64,000 bases of DNA from an uncultured Desulfatitalea sp. (lineage in GTDB: Bacteria > Desulfobacterota > Desulfobacteria > Desulfobacterales > Desulfosarcinaceae), in assembly GCA_963668675.2 (NCBI GenBank), contig CAXXMB010000001.1, positions 1,248,001-1,312,000 on the forward strand. Reading direction: 5' to 3'. The translations under genes were made by a program, and so were the position numbers. The stretch's first letter is position 1. Every line of letters begins with the position of its first letter. The notes below the pieces were generated by a model, which did not search any database, was not told the DNA's origin, and saw only the letters and a list, made by a program, of their open reading frames with translations. Positions 1 through 8,982 of this stretch are shown here, in pieces.

Positions 1-110
1 TTTTCCCAAACTATGGGCTAACACACATCTCCCATCGGCTTCCGAACCAATTTAGCGTCTGCACTAAACATTTGACCAAAAAACTTTATATAATTGGAAA
101 CGTTGCTAAA

Positions 111-929
111 ATGAGTCATTTTGCCTCGATCCGCAGCGCTGTTATTCAAATCATTACCCCTCTGGTGAGAATATTGCTCCGCAATGGTATTTCATACGGC
201 ACGTTCTCCGACATCGCCAAAGAGGTCTACGTGCGTGTTGCTATGCAGGATTTTGCCATCGAGGGGCGCAAGCAAACCATTTCGCGGGTATCGGTGCTGA
301 CCGGATTAAACCGCAAGGCGGTCAAAACGATTTTGGAACAGCCTGAGGAAAAATCTATTGATAGTGATGAAGCCTATAACCGTGCCGCACGCGTTATAGC
401 TGGATGGCGCAGAGACACCGAATTCCAGAGCGATCATGGAGCTCCGGCAGACCTGCCCTTCGCCGGCGAAGAAGGCAGTTTCGCTGCACTGGCAAAAAAG
501 TACAGTGGCGACATTCCTGCCCGCGCAGTTCTTGACGAGATGATTCGTGTGGAGGCTGCTGAAAAAATGGAAAACGGTAATATCAGATTGCTTGTGAGAG
601 CCTATCTCCCCACCAATGACACCAGTATGAAACTGCACATTCTCGGTACCGATGTGGCTCGATTGATTGCAACCATTGGACATAATCTTGAATCACCGCG
701 ATCCAATGTTTTTCTTCAGCGTACCGTCGCCTATGACAACCTTCCAAAGGAGGCATTGGAGCCTTTTCTACGTCTGGCCACCAATAAGTCTCAAGCGCTT
801 CTGGAGCTGTTGGACCAACAGCTTTCCGAAAAAGATCGCGACAATCATCCCGAGATCGAAGGCACTGGCCGCTACGCTGCCGGTGTCGGCATCTATTTCT
901 TTCAGGAGCCTATGAACCATGAATCCTAA
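111..929 (+). CDS. DUF6502-family protein (putative regulator, N-terminal HTH-like segment)
   Basis: Motifs 'PLVRILLRNGISY', 'SRVSVLTGLNRKAV', 'F.ALAKKYS.DIPARAVLDEM' and 'LQRTVAYDNL' resemble DUF6502, which typically precedes DUF5666 genes. ATG 111 preferred over TTG 72. Confidence 0.7.
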   Translation: MSHFASIRSAVIQIITPLVRILLRNGISYGTFSDIAKEVYVRVAMQDFAIEGRKQTISRVSVLTGLNRKAVKTILEQPEEKSIDSDEAYNRAARVIAGWRRDTEFQSDHGAPADLPFAGEEGSFAALAKKYSGDIPARAVLDEMIRVEAAEKMENGNIRLLVRAYLPTNDTSMKLHILGTDVARLIATIGHNLESPRSNVFLQRTVAYDNLPKEALEPFLRLATNKSQALLELLDQQLSEKDRDNHPEIEGTGRYAAGVGIYFFQEPMNHES

Positions 930-2370
930 CATAATTTATAGAAACAGGCCGGTCTCAAACGTTATCCTGGCCATTATGGTCATGGCAATGCCGCTACTGC
1001 TGAGTTGCGGCAGCAGTTCCGACGACACGGTCGCCAGCGGCGGAATCGGCGGCACAGGCGCAACGGCAGGTCTGGTTTCCGATTATGGCAGCATCTTTGT
1101 AAACGGGGTGGAGTTTGACACCAGCGACGCCGATATCGTTGTCGAAGGTGAGTGGGTTGGTTACGGCGACGAAGCGGCCCATACCCATCTTCCGATCGGA
1201 CAGGCGGTTGTCGTTCAAGGTGACCTGTTGAATGAAATAACCGGTTCAGCCATACAAGTTGACGCCTATCACCGCGTCCAGGGACCCATCGCTCAAATCG
1301 AAATCATCGACAGCAACACACGCCAACTCACTATCCTTGGCCAAACCATCTTTGTCGACCAGGAGACCGCCATATCAGGCACTTCAATGGGGGACCTTAC
1401 ACCGGATCTGGTATTGAGGGTAAGCGGCGTGGTGGATGAGGCCGACGCGATCCATGCCGGGCTCATCACAGTTCAGCCGGAAGGCAGTCAACTTTCGCTT
1501 AAAGGCACATTGCAACATCTCGATCTCCAAGAACAGACCTTTACGATCAACGACCAGCTGGTTGACTACTCGCAATGTCAACCAGCGCCGGACGTGTCGT
1601 CGCTGGAAGAGCAATCGGTCTCTGTCAAAGGAGAGCTTGATAATACAACGCTGATGGCCCAATCCGTCTCTCGCTTTGATACGGCGCGCTTTGAATCCCT
1701 GAACGAGTTCAGCATCGATGGATTTCTCCAGGGGCCTATCGCTCTCAATCGATGGCAGCTGGGGACCTACCAGGTGGAACTCGATGCGGCGACGCTGTTC
1801 GAAGGTGTGCTCGCCGAAGATCTCACCGAAGGTGTCCGTGTTCAACTGCACGGCCAGTTGCGCAATCGCATCCTGCTTGTCAATCGGACGAGGGCGACGA
1901 CGCGCGTCTGGCTCGAATCGACCATCGCCTCGCTCGATGTGGATCAGGAAACGATCATCCTGGAAGGTATGAACGCGTTGACAATCCATACCAACCGCCT
2001 CACCCGAATCCGCGGAGATGCAGGTCAATTCTCCGACTTCCAGCTTGGAGATCATGTGCGCGTATATGCACAAGCCTTGGATGATCAGTCAGTTATCGCT
2101 ATTTTTATCTTCGAAACCACCGCTGCACCCCTTGAAGATCGCTTCCGCATTCAGGGACCTGTCACCCGGGTTGCTGATCCTTTGTTTGACATATCTGGCG
2201 TGGAGATCGACAGCAGCGCCAACGTGGGTATCGCGTTTTTAGATATAGAGGATCAACCCATCACCCAAAATGAATTCATTAATGCCCTGAGCACCGAATC
2301 GAGAGTGCATGCCAAAGGGCAGTGGATTAGCGGCATCATCGTTTATGAAGAGATGGCAATCGTTCATTAG
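919..2370 (+). CDS. DUF5666 repeat lipoprotein
   Basis: Lipobox-like LLLSC, then 'GGIGGTG...GSIFVNGVEFD' and several OB-like repeats ('V.V.G'); overlaps the upstream stop. Confidence 0.7.
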   Translation: MNPNIIYRNRPVSNVILAIMVMAMPLLLSCGSSSDDTVASGGIGGTGATAGLVSDYGSIFVNGVEFDTSDADIVVEGEWVGYGDEAAHTHLPIGQAVVVQGDLLNEITGSAIQVDAYHRVQGPIAQIEIIDSNTRQLTILGQTIFVDQETAISGTSMGDLTPDLVLRVSGVVDEADAIHAGLITVQPEGSQLSLKGTLQHLDLQEQTFTINDQLVDYSQCQPAPDVSSLEEQSVSVKGELDNTTLMAQSVSRFDTARFESLNEFSIDGFLQGPIALNRWQLGTYQVELDAATLFEGVLAEDLTEGVRVQLHGQLRNRILLVNRTRATTRVWLESTIASLDVDQETIILEGMNALTIHTNRLTRIRGDAGQFSDFQLGDHVRVYAQALDDQSVIAIFIFETTAAPLEDRFRIQGPVTRVADPLFDISGVEIDSSANVGIAFLDIEDQPITQNEFINALSTESRVHAKGQWISGIIVYEEMAIVH

Positions 2371-2408
2371 TGTTGTTTTTATAACAAGGGTAAAATGAGG
2401 GAGGAAAA

Positions 2409-4028
2409 ATGAAGACAAAAACATTGTTGGCCGTGGTATTGGCTATGGCGCTTATGCTGCCTTTTACCGGCTGCGGAGGCGGTGGCAGCGACAGCAGTTC
2501 AACAGTTGATGCAAGCGGAACCGGTGACACCGGCACTGTGGCGCTCATGCTGACGGACGGGCCGACGGATGATTTTGATCACATTTGGATCACCGTCAGC
2601 AAAGCTGCGCTGCTAAGCGAGGGGGGTGAATCCCATGTCGTTATATTCGATCCTGATGAGCCGGTGGAATACGATCTGCTTAACCTAAGACCGGAAGATG
2701 ATGAGGATGCAGGCGAATTAATAGCCGTGGAAGATGTGCCGGCCGGTTTATATGCCAAAATCCGGTTGGAGGTGGAGGCTGTGCGCGGCGTAACCGTTCA
2801 GCCGGACGGCAGCACCAAAGAGACCCCATTTAAATTATCCAGCGGAAAGATCGATCTCAATCCCCGCGGCCAGTTCTATGTAGAGGCAAACACCACCATA
2901 GCCATCACGCTTGATATCGACTGTGACAAATCGATCCACATTTCAGGGAACCATATCAACTTCCGGCCGGTCGTCTTCGTGGACATCGAATCGGCGGCCC
3001 AACTCGAGCGCTGCCCCCGTTTTCTGCACGGTACCATTTCCTCCCTCACTTATGGGGAGGACGGAGAGACGGTTGTCGGTTTTGAGTTGAACCTGCTCAA
3101 CAGCGGCAAGACGATCAAGGTGAATATCGATGCAAGCACCGTCATCGTCGACGACAGCGGTGCCGTGATAGATCCCCAGTCCCTGGCCGTCGACGACACA
3201 GTTTTTGTGCGGGCCGAGCTGCTCTCGGAGGGCTTGCTGGCCAGCCTCGTCGTTGTTGGCAATGTTGACCGCGTTGCCGGAGTCGTGGATCAAGCGGTCA
3301 CAGACAACCAATTTGTGCTGGATCTATACCTCGGCATTGAGGACGACGAGCAGATTGTAGAGCTGATCCCCGATACAACCCTGATTCTATGGGGATGCAA
3401 TGAGGTGGTGACACCTGAAGCGATCCAACCCGGCATGCGTGCACGGGTGATTGGGAAAACCCAGGACGATGGCTCAATCGTCGCTCTCGTTGTACTGCTG
3501 AGCCCCCGCTACATTACAGGGCAGCTTGAATCTGTTGAAGCAACTGAAGGAGGATACCAGTTGAGCATCAACGTCGCGAATGCCGATGAAGCGCCGGATC
3601 TTCTTTCAATGTCTCTGTCGGCCGATGCCCCCATTAACGTAAAGTTCGACGGGCCGCTCAGCGGAGATGAACTGATGGCGCTGGTCGAATGCGAAGCTCG
3701 TTCAGTACTGGTCTCTATTGATCGCGCCGTTCCGCCGCCGTTGACGGCTACCAAGGTGACCGTCCTGCCTGAGCCGTTGCTGGCCACGGTGCTTAAAGTC
3801 AATCCGGATGAAGGCCAAATCCTGACCGACCAGGGTTTGATAGCAATAGGCGATCAGGCGCAAATCTTCGACCTCGTCTCGACGAGCCATCTGATGGCCG
3901 AATTTTCCGACATCTCCGAGGAGGATCTGCTTTTTCTCTACGGACTTTACCAGTGCGAACCGGAGGAGGCATCTTTCCTTGCCCACGTGGTGCTGATCAT
4001 GCCTTCTCTTGCCCCAACCGAAGATTAA
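2409..4028 (+). CDS. DUF4382/DUF5666 domain lipoprotein
   Basis: Lipobox FTGC plus Gly/Ser linker; 'GTVALMLTDGP.DDFDHIWITV', 'PAGLYAKIRL' and 'FRPVVFV' are typical of DUF4382; acidic repeats follow; RBS GAGGA. Confidence 0.7.
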   Translation: MKTKTLLAVVLAMALMLPFTGCGGGGSDSSSTVDASGTGDTGTVALMLTDGPTDDFDHIWITVSKAALLSEGGESHVVIFDPDEPVEYDLLNLRPEDDEDAGELIAVEDVPAGLYAKIRLEVEAVRGVTVQPDGSTKETPFKLSSGKIDLNPRGQFYVEANTTIAITLDIDCDKSIHISGNHINFRPVVFVDIESAAQLERCPRFLHGTISSLTYGEDGETVVGFELNLLNSGKTIKVNIDASTVIVDDSGAVIDPQSLAVDDTVFVRAELLSEGLLASLVVVGNVDRVAGVVDQAVTDNQFVLDLYLGIEDDEQIVELIPDTTLILWGCNEVVTPEAIQPGMRARVIGKTQDDGSIVALVVLLSPRYITGQLESVEATEGGYQLSINVANADEAPDLLSMSLSADAPINVKFDGPLSGDELMALVECEARSVLVSIDRAVPPPLTATKVTVLPEPLLATVLKVNPDEGQILTDQGLIAIGDQAQIFDLVSTSHLMAEFSDISEEDLLFLYGLYQCEPEEASFLAHVVLIMPSLAPTED

Positions 4029-4037
4029 ATCACCCAT

Positions 4038-4075
4038 AAAAATGCCCCCTGGCAAGAATATCGTGCCAGGGGGCA
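4038..4075 (-). terminator. Intrinsic terminator between convergent genes
   Basis: Perfect 12-bp inverted repeat TGCCCCCTGGCA (4043-4054) / TGCCAGGGGGCA (4064-4075); A5 at 4038-4042 gives a U-tract on the minus strand. Confidence 0.75.
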
Positions 4076-4129
4076 ACCATTTCATCCTCGTCTTGAAAAC
4101 AATGCCCAGCGCTATTCGATCAATGTCCT

Positions 4130-5098
4130 TTAATTGATGGTAAAGAGTACCGGGCCATTGTCGCTCCCGCGTCGGATTCGCTCCAGCTCCTCTAAATACC
4201 TGAGATGGGCGATCGCCTCACCTGTGGCAAACCACTTTTGCGCAATGGGAAACGCTTCCCACGAATCGCATTTGATGTCCCAGGTCATACGGGCAGCCAC
4301 ATCGTAGGCGCTCAAGGAATCTTCTTGAAGAATATTCAGGATCTCATCGCATCTGTGCCGGTGGTGCTCCTTCAACTCATCAACTCTCGCTCTATGGTTT
4401 TCGATGATCCGCCGGTGGCCAGGCAGAACCAGCTCTATGTCCAGATCGATTACGCGATCCAGGCTCTCCAGATAGCTGCCTAAGGGATCTTGCTCGTCGG
4501 ACCAGCACTGAATATTGGGGGTAATATCGATCAAAATGTGATCTCCGGCCACGAAAATCTTTTTCTCCCTCTCGTAGAGGCATGTGTGCCCCACCGTATG
4601 CCCAGGCGTATGGACGCACTCGAAACGATACGCACCGGCCTCGATGATGTCCCCGTCATTGAGCATGCGCATGTCCGGAACCCACTCTGAACTGTGCTTG
4701 TAACCAGGATGCTGTTCAATAGCCTTGCGCAGCTGTCCCTCCGGGAATCCATGTTGTCCGGCATAGGAAAGCATGGGTTCCCACCACCCTTTGGCTTCAA
4801 TGATCTCAGCATCCGGACGATTAAAAAAAACGCCGCTCGTTTCAGTGACCAATTTCGATACCAATCCGAAATGGTCTGCGTGGAGGTGGGTGATAAAAAA
4901 ATCAGTCCTTTCGAGTTCGACACCAATCTCCTTCAGGCCATCGGTCAGGGCGTCATAGCACTCCTTCCGATTCAGTCCCGTGTCGATAACCAGATGTCGA
5001 TCATCGGAACGCACCACGTAGGAGTTGAGGTATTTGAGCGGGCTGTTGGGAAGGGGCACCTGGATAAGAAACAGGTTGGGACGCAATTCTTGAACCAT
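4130..5098 (-). CDS. MBL-fold metallo-hydrolase
   Basis: THLHADH motif, HTPGHT, GDH and LPGH; ATG 5098 follows AAGGAG. Confidence 0.85.
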   Translation of the reverse strand: MVQELRPNLFLIQVPLPNSPLKYLNSYVVRSDDRHLVIDTGLNRKECYDALTDGLKEIGVELERTDFFITHLHADHFGLVSKLVTETSGVFFNRPDAEIIEAKGWWEPMLSYAGQHGFPEGQLRKAIEQHPGYKHSSEWVPDMRMLNDGDIIEAGAYRFECVHTPGHTVGHTCLYEREKKIFVAGDHILIDITPNIQCWSDEQDPLGSYLESLDRVIDLDIELVLPGHRRIIENHRARVDELKEHHRHRCDEILNILQEDSLSAYDVAARMTWDIKCDSWEAFPIAQKWFATGEAIAHLRYLEELERIRRGSDNGPVLFTIN

Positions 5099-5198
5099 GG
5101 TCGCTTTCACTCCTTTTTGGAAAGTATCTGTGGATCCAGACGAACCTCATACGCTTATTTTGGCTTTTACTCCAAGAAAATACTTGTTTGAAGCACGA

Positions 5199-6443
5199 TC
5201 ACTCGAAGACGATTTCATCCACCGCATCAGACTCCTGGGCATCCTTGGACCACTCCCTGGGCGTCGTTTGCTGATTCGTCATCTGGAACTCCTTATACCA
5301 CTCGGCGGCTGTAATCATGGCCATCACTTCGTTGGTACCGGTCCAGATGGATGCCAAGCGCAGATCGCGCACGATGCGCTCGACCGGGAAGACATTGGTG
5401 TAACCGATCCCCCCCATCACCTGCATGGCATGATGGGCAGCGGCCTGACACGATTCAGTGACAAACTTCTTGGTTTCCGAAACCATGCGGCGAATGCGAT
5501 GAGGCTCGATACCCTCATCCACGGCACGCGCAGTTGCATATACCATTGAACGTCCCGCATCGAGCAGCGTGGCCGCCTCTGCCACCTGAAAACTGACCCC
5601 CTGGAACTGGTTGATGGTCTGGCCGAACGCCTTGCGCCGTGTGGTGTAGGCCGTGGCGACTTCCAGGGCCGGTCGGGCCGCCCCTAAAGTCATGGCAGCC
5701 GTTCCCAACCGCTCGGGAATCATCATGGTATTGAACACCGCATAGGCGCCGTTGAGCTTGCCGACGACATTCTCTTTGGGAACCTTGACATCGCGAAAGA
5801 CCAGCCGACCTGCCCCACCGCCACGGCACCCCATCAGGCCGTATAGGTATTCGGTTTCAACCCCGGGCCCGCGATCGACGATGAAGCAGGTCAACGCCTT
5901 GTGCGGTTCCGCTGTGGGATCGGTGCGAGCGTAAACCAGAAAGAAATCAGCCCCTTCGGCCCCCACGATGAATCGCTTCTGACCGTTCATGATGAAATGA
6001 TCGCCCCGATCTTCGGCAATTGTGGTGGTGCCGAAAAAATCCGATCCCCCCCTTGGTTCGGTAAGACATTCGGCAGCAAAAAGGTCTCCCTGGAGCAGCG
6101 GGCTGACATACTTCTCCTTTTGTGCATCCGTACCGTGAAGAACGATGGCATCGCAGACCAGCTCCGCACCGACCCCGAAGACGCACGCAAAGATATACCC
6201 AAGGGTACCCACCTCTTCCATCGCCATGCAGGTGGCCACCCAATCCATATCGCGCCCGCCCCACTTTGCAGGGTAACGGCAACCAAGCAGATTTCGCCGG
6301 CCAGCCTCATGAAGAAACGCCTTGGGGAATTGGATCTTATCCTGATCCATCTCGAGAATCATTTCACGGGGGACCCATTTGACCAGTTCACGAATCTCAT
6401 CTCTGAACGACAAAGCTTCCGGGGAAAGTAAGAAGTCAAACAT
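5199..6443 (-). CDS. Acyl-CoA dehydrogenase family protein
   Basis: 'CLTEPRGGSD', 'NGQKRFI', 'RKAFGQTI..FQ', 'QVMGGIGY' and 'IWTGTNEV' motifs; RBS GAGGAG before ATG 6443. Confidence 0.9.
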   Translation of the reverse strand: MFDFLLSPEALSFRDEIRELVKWVPREMILEMDQDKIQFPKAFLHEAGRRNLLGCRYPAKWGGRDMDWVATCMAMEEVGTLGYIFACVFGVGAELVCDAIVLHGTDAQKEKYVSPLLQGDLFAAECLTEPRGGSDFFGTTTIAEDRGDHFIMNGQKRFIVGAEGADFFLVYARTDPTAEPHKALTCFIVDRGPGVETEYLYGLMGCRGGGAGRLVFRDVKVPKENVVGKLNGAYAVFNTMMIPERLGTAAMTLGAARPALEVATAYTTRRKAFGQTINQFQGVSFQVAEAATLLDAGRSMVYATARAVDEGIEPHRIRRMVSETKKFVTESCQAAAHHAMQVMGGIGYTNVFPVERIVRDLRLASIWTGTNEVMAMITAAEWYKEFQMTNQQTTPREWSKDAQESDAVDEIVFE

Positions 6444-6552
6444 AACCGTTCTCCTCAAAGGTATCGGAAGGGTTAAATAATGGTTTGGGTGCCCCTGTCG
6501 GGCGCCGGGCAGACTGCATCACACCCTTGGGCAGGGGGATATGGATGCCATG

Positions 6553-6601
6553 AAAAAAACAAGGCGATCGCCTTTTCGCATGGGCAATGGCGACCGCCTT
6601 G
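6553..6601 (-). terminator. Intrinsic terminator after the YtfJ-like gene
   Basis: CAAGGCGATCGCC (6560-6572) / GGCGACCGCCTTG (6589-6601) stem, with A7 at 6553-6559. Confidence 0.65.
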
Positions 6602-6630
6602 ATGACCATAACTAAATTCAGGTTTATGCC

Positions 6631-7167
6631 CTATTTATCTAAATGATCGCGGATGGTCTTGATGAGGAGCTTTATTTCATCATCAGTAAGCTGGCCCTCT
6701 TTTTTAAAAATCAGCTTGCCCGATTTATCAAAAGCCAACACATCGCTATTTTCGTCGGCGATGCCCCACTCCTTGACCAACGCTTTGTCGTAATCACGGA
6801 CATAGATGGTACTGGTATAGATCTTCTGCTTTTTCTTTAGGCTTGAAGAGATGGCAAAATTGGGAAGCCAGGTTGCTGCCATGTTGATAATACCGTAGGA
6901 CTGGTACTTTTCCAGTGGAAAAGCTTCGGCCTTCAGGGCTTCGCTGGCCGGATTGTTCAAGTCCTTTTCGTCCGGATCCACATAGAAAAGGATGGAAACT
7001 TTACCGGTGAGTTCAGAGCTGCTCCAAGGCGTTCCATCCAGCCGTCCGCCAGCGTCGTCCTTGAGGGTGACGGTCTTCGGAATCTCACCGATTTTCAAAT
7101 TCGCCAAAGCGTTTTGTGCAAAAAGACAGAGCGACACCAGAACCAATATGCTTAGCACTCTTCTCAT
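6631..7167 (-). CDS. YtfJ-family secreted thioredoxin-like protein
   Basis: Signal peptide; 'PWSSSELTGKV..LFYVDPDE..LN' and 'GIINMAATWLP' resemble the YtfJ family. Confidence 0.65.
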   Translation of the reverse strand: MRRVLSILVLVSLCLFAQNALANLKIGEIPKTVTLKDDAGGRLDGTPWSSSELTGKVSILFYVDPDEKDLNNPASEALKAEAFPLEKYQSYGIINMAATWLPNFAISSSLKKKQKIYTSTIYVRDYDKALVKEWGIADENSDVLAFDKSGKLIFKKEGQLTDDEIKLLIKTIRDHLDK

Positions 7168-7311
7168 CCGTTCCTCCTCGCTATATGTTGTTTGATCCGA
7201 ACGTTGCCAGACACATCAGGGATATTCTCATCTGATTAGACGGTGGCCCTTGATATCATTCCAAAGCATAGTACCGGCCGTATCGAGATGAGGAAAATCC
7301 CGGTCGCGACA

Positions 7312-8130
7312 TTAAATGGGCACCCCGGGCGCATTGAGCAGCGGTGCCAAAAGTACGGCCCCATCGATGACGATCTCGGTTCCGGTGGTGTAGTTGGAGG
7401 CATCGGAGGCGAAATAGATGGAGGCGCCAACGATATCGTCAGGTTCGCCGATACGCCCCATGGGTACGATTTTGCCCGCCTTGGCTTTGGCCTTGGCTGC
7501 CTCTTCGGGTGAAAAATCGATCCAATGGGAGTCCATCATCTTGGTGTGGATGGGGCCCGGAGCGATGGTATTGACCTGAATATTGAATTCAGCCAGTTCG
7601 GAAGCAAAAGCCTTGGTAATCATGCGTACGCCGGCTTTTGAAATCGAATAGATACTCACCGTCCGTTCCGGATGAAATCCGTCGATGGAGGCGATATTGA
7701 TAATTTTACCGCCGCCCTGCTCTTTCATCACCCTGGCTGCTGCCTGACTGATAAAGTAGAGTCCCTTCATGTTCAAATTCATGATGGTCTCCCAAAGCCG
7801 CTCCTCTGAATCGAGCACAGAGGCCATGGCGGGGCTCGCGCCGGCATTGTTGACCAAAATATCGATCCGTCCAAACGTCTTCATAACCGTATCGATCATT
7901 TCCCGGATGCCTTCCATCTTTCCCAAATGGGCCTGGATGGGCAGTGCCTCGCCTCCGAACGATTTGATCTGCTTGGCGGTATCTTCCAAATCTGCAATTT
8001 TTCGACTGGTGATCGCTACTTTCGCCCCGGCTTTGGCGTATCCCATAGCAATGGCCTGACCGATACCACGGCCACCACCGGTGACGACGGCGACCTTCCC
8101 TTCCAATGAGAACCTGGACAATTCGAACAT
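7312..8130 (-). CDS. SDR family oxidoreductase
   Basis: TGGGRGIG, NNAG, YSISK and IAPG motifs. Confidence 0.9.
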   Translation of the reverse strand: MFELSRFSLEGKVAVVTGGGRGIGQAIAMGYAKAGAKVAITSRKIADLEDTAKQIKSFGGEALPIQAHLGKMEGIREMIDTVMKTFGRIDILVNNAGASPAMASVLDSEERLWETIMNLNMKGLYFISQAAARVMKEQGGGKIINIASIDGFHPERTVSIYSISKAGVRMITKAFASELAEFNIQVNTIAPGPIHTKMMDSHWIDFSPEEAAKAKAKAGKIVPMGRIGEPDDIVGASIYFASDASNYTTGTEIVIDGAVLLAPLLNAPGVPI

Positions 8131-8166
8131 GGACTTTTCCTTCCTGTTGGATTGAAAGATAAGGAG

Positions 8167-8982
8167 TTAGGTGGTTAAATAATCCACTGCGTTTTTAAAC
8201 ATTTTCACACCCGGAGTGACACCGTGGGGGGCCTCGCACTCTCCGCGCTTGACCCGCTCTCTCAAACGGGTCCACTCAGGATGGTTGGTCCAATGATTGT
8301 AGGCCTCCGGATGCGGCATGAGGCCAAACACCCGTCCTGTAGGATCGCAAATGCCGGCAATATCATCCATGGAGCCGTTGGGGTTGAAAGGGAACTTACC
8401 CCCTGCGGGCTGACCGTCCTGGGTTGCATAGCGCAGAACGATCTGCTGGTTGGATTGCAATTGCCGGTAGGTCTCGGCATCCGTGAAGAACTTCCCCTCT
8501 CCGTGTCGGATGGGCAGTTCAAGCTGATCGATCCCTTTGGTGAAGATGCATGCAGAACTCTTCTCTGTAGCCAGATAGACCCAGTCATCCCGGAAGTTAC
8601 CGCAATCGTTGTAGGTCAAAGCGACCGAACGTTGAGTGTAATTTCCATCCAGCCCTGGCAGTAATCCCAGGTTGACCAGACATTGGAACCCGTTGCAGAT
8701 TCCTATGACCAGGTTTCCCTGATCGATGAAGCGCAGCAACCGGTCGCCGATGTTGTTTTTAAGGCGGACCGCCTGAATGACCCCGGCGCCATGATCGTCA
8801 CCCCAGCTGAACCCGCCGATAAACGCCATGATTTGGAATGGATCTAGGCTCACCGATCCGTCGATGAGTGAGTTGATGTGCACACGCTGGGCCTGGGCGC
8901 CCGCCTGCTCGAAAGCGTAAGCGGTTTCCATATCGCAGTTCAGGCCATATCCGGTCAGTACGAGGGCTTTGGGTTGGGTCAT
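8167..8982 (-). CDS. purQ: Phosphoribosylformylglycinamidine synthase glutaminase subunit
   Basis: GGFSWGD, GICNGFQ, RHGEG, NPNGS and GLMPHPE motifs; overlaps purL. Confidence 0.95.
   Translation of the reverse strand: MTQPKALVLTGYGLNCDMETAYAFEQAGAQAQRVHINSLIDGSVSLDPFQIMAFIGGFSWGDDHGAGVIQAVRLKNNIGDRLLRFIDQGNLVIGICNGFQCLVNLGLLPGLDGNYTQRSVALTYNDCGNFRDDWVYLATEKSSACIFTKGIDQLELPIRHGEGKFFTDAETYRQLQSNQQIVLRYATQDGQPAGGKFPFNPNGSMDDIAGICDPTGRVFGLMPHPEAYNHWTNHPEWTRLRERVKRGECEAPHGVTPGVKMFKNAVDYLTT

Noticed and set aside
72..94. TTGACC...TATAAT promoter-like pair before the DUF6502 gene
   Set aside because: The spacer is only 11 nt, incompatible with sigma70 geometry.
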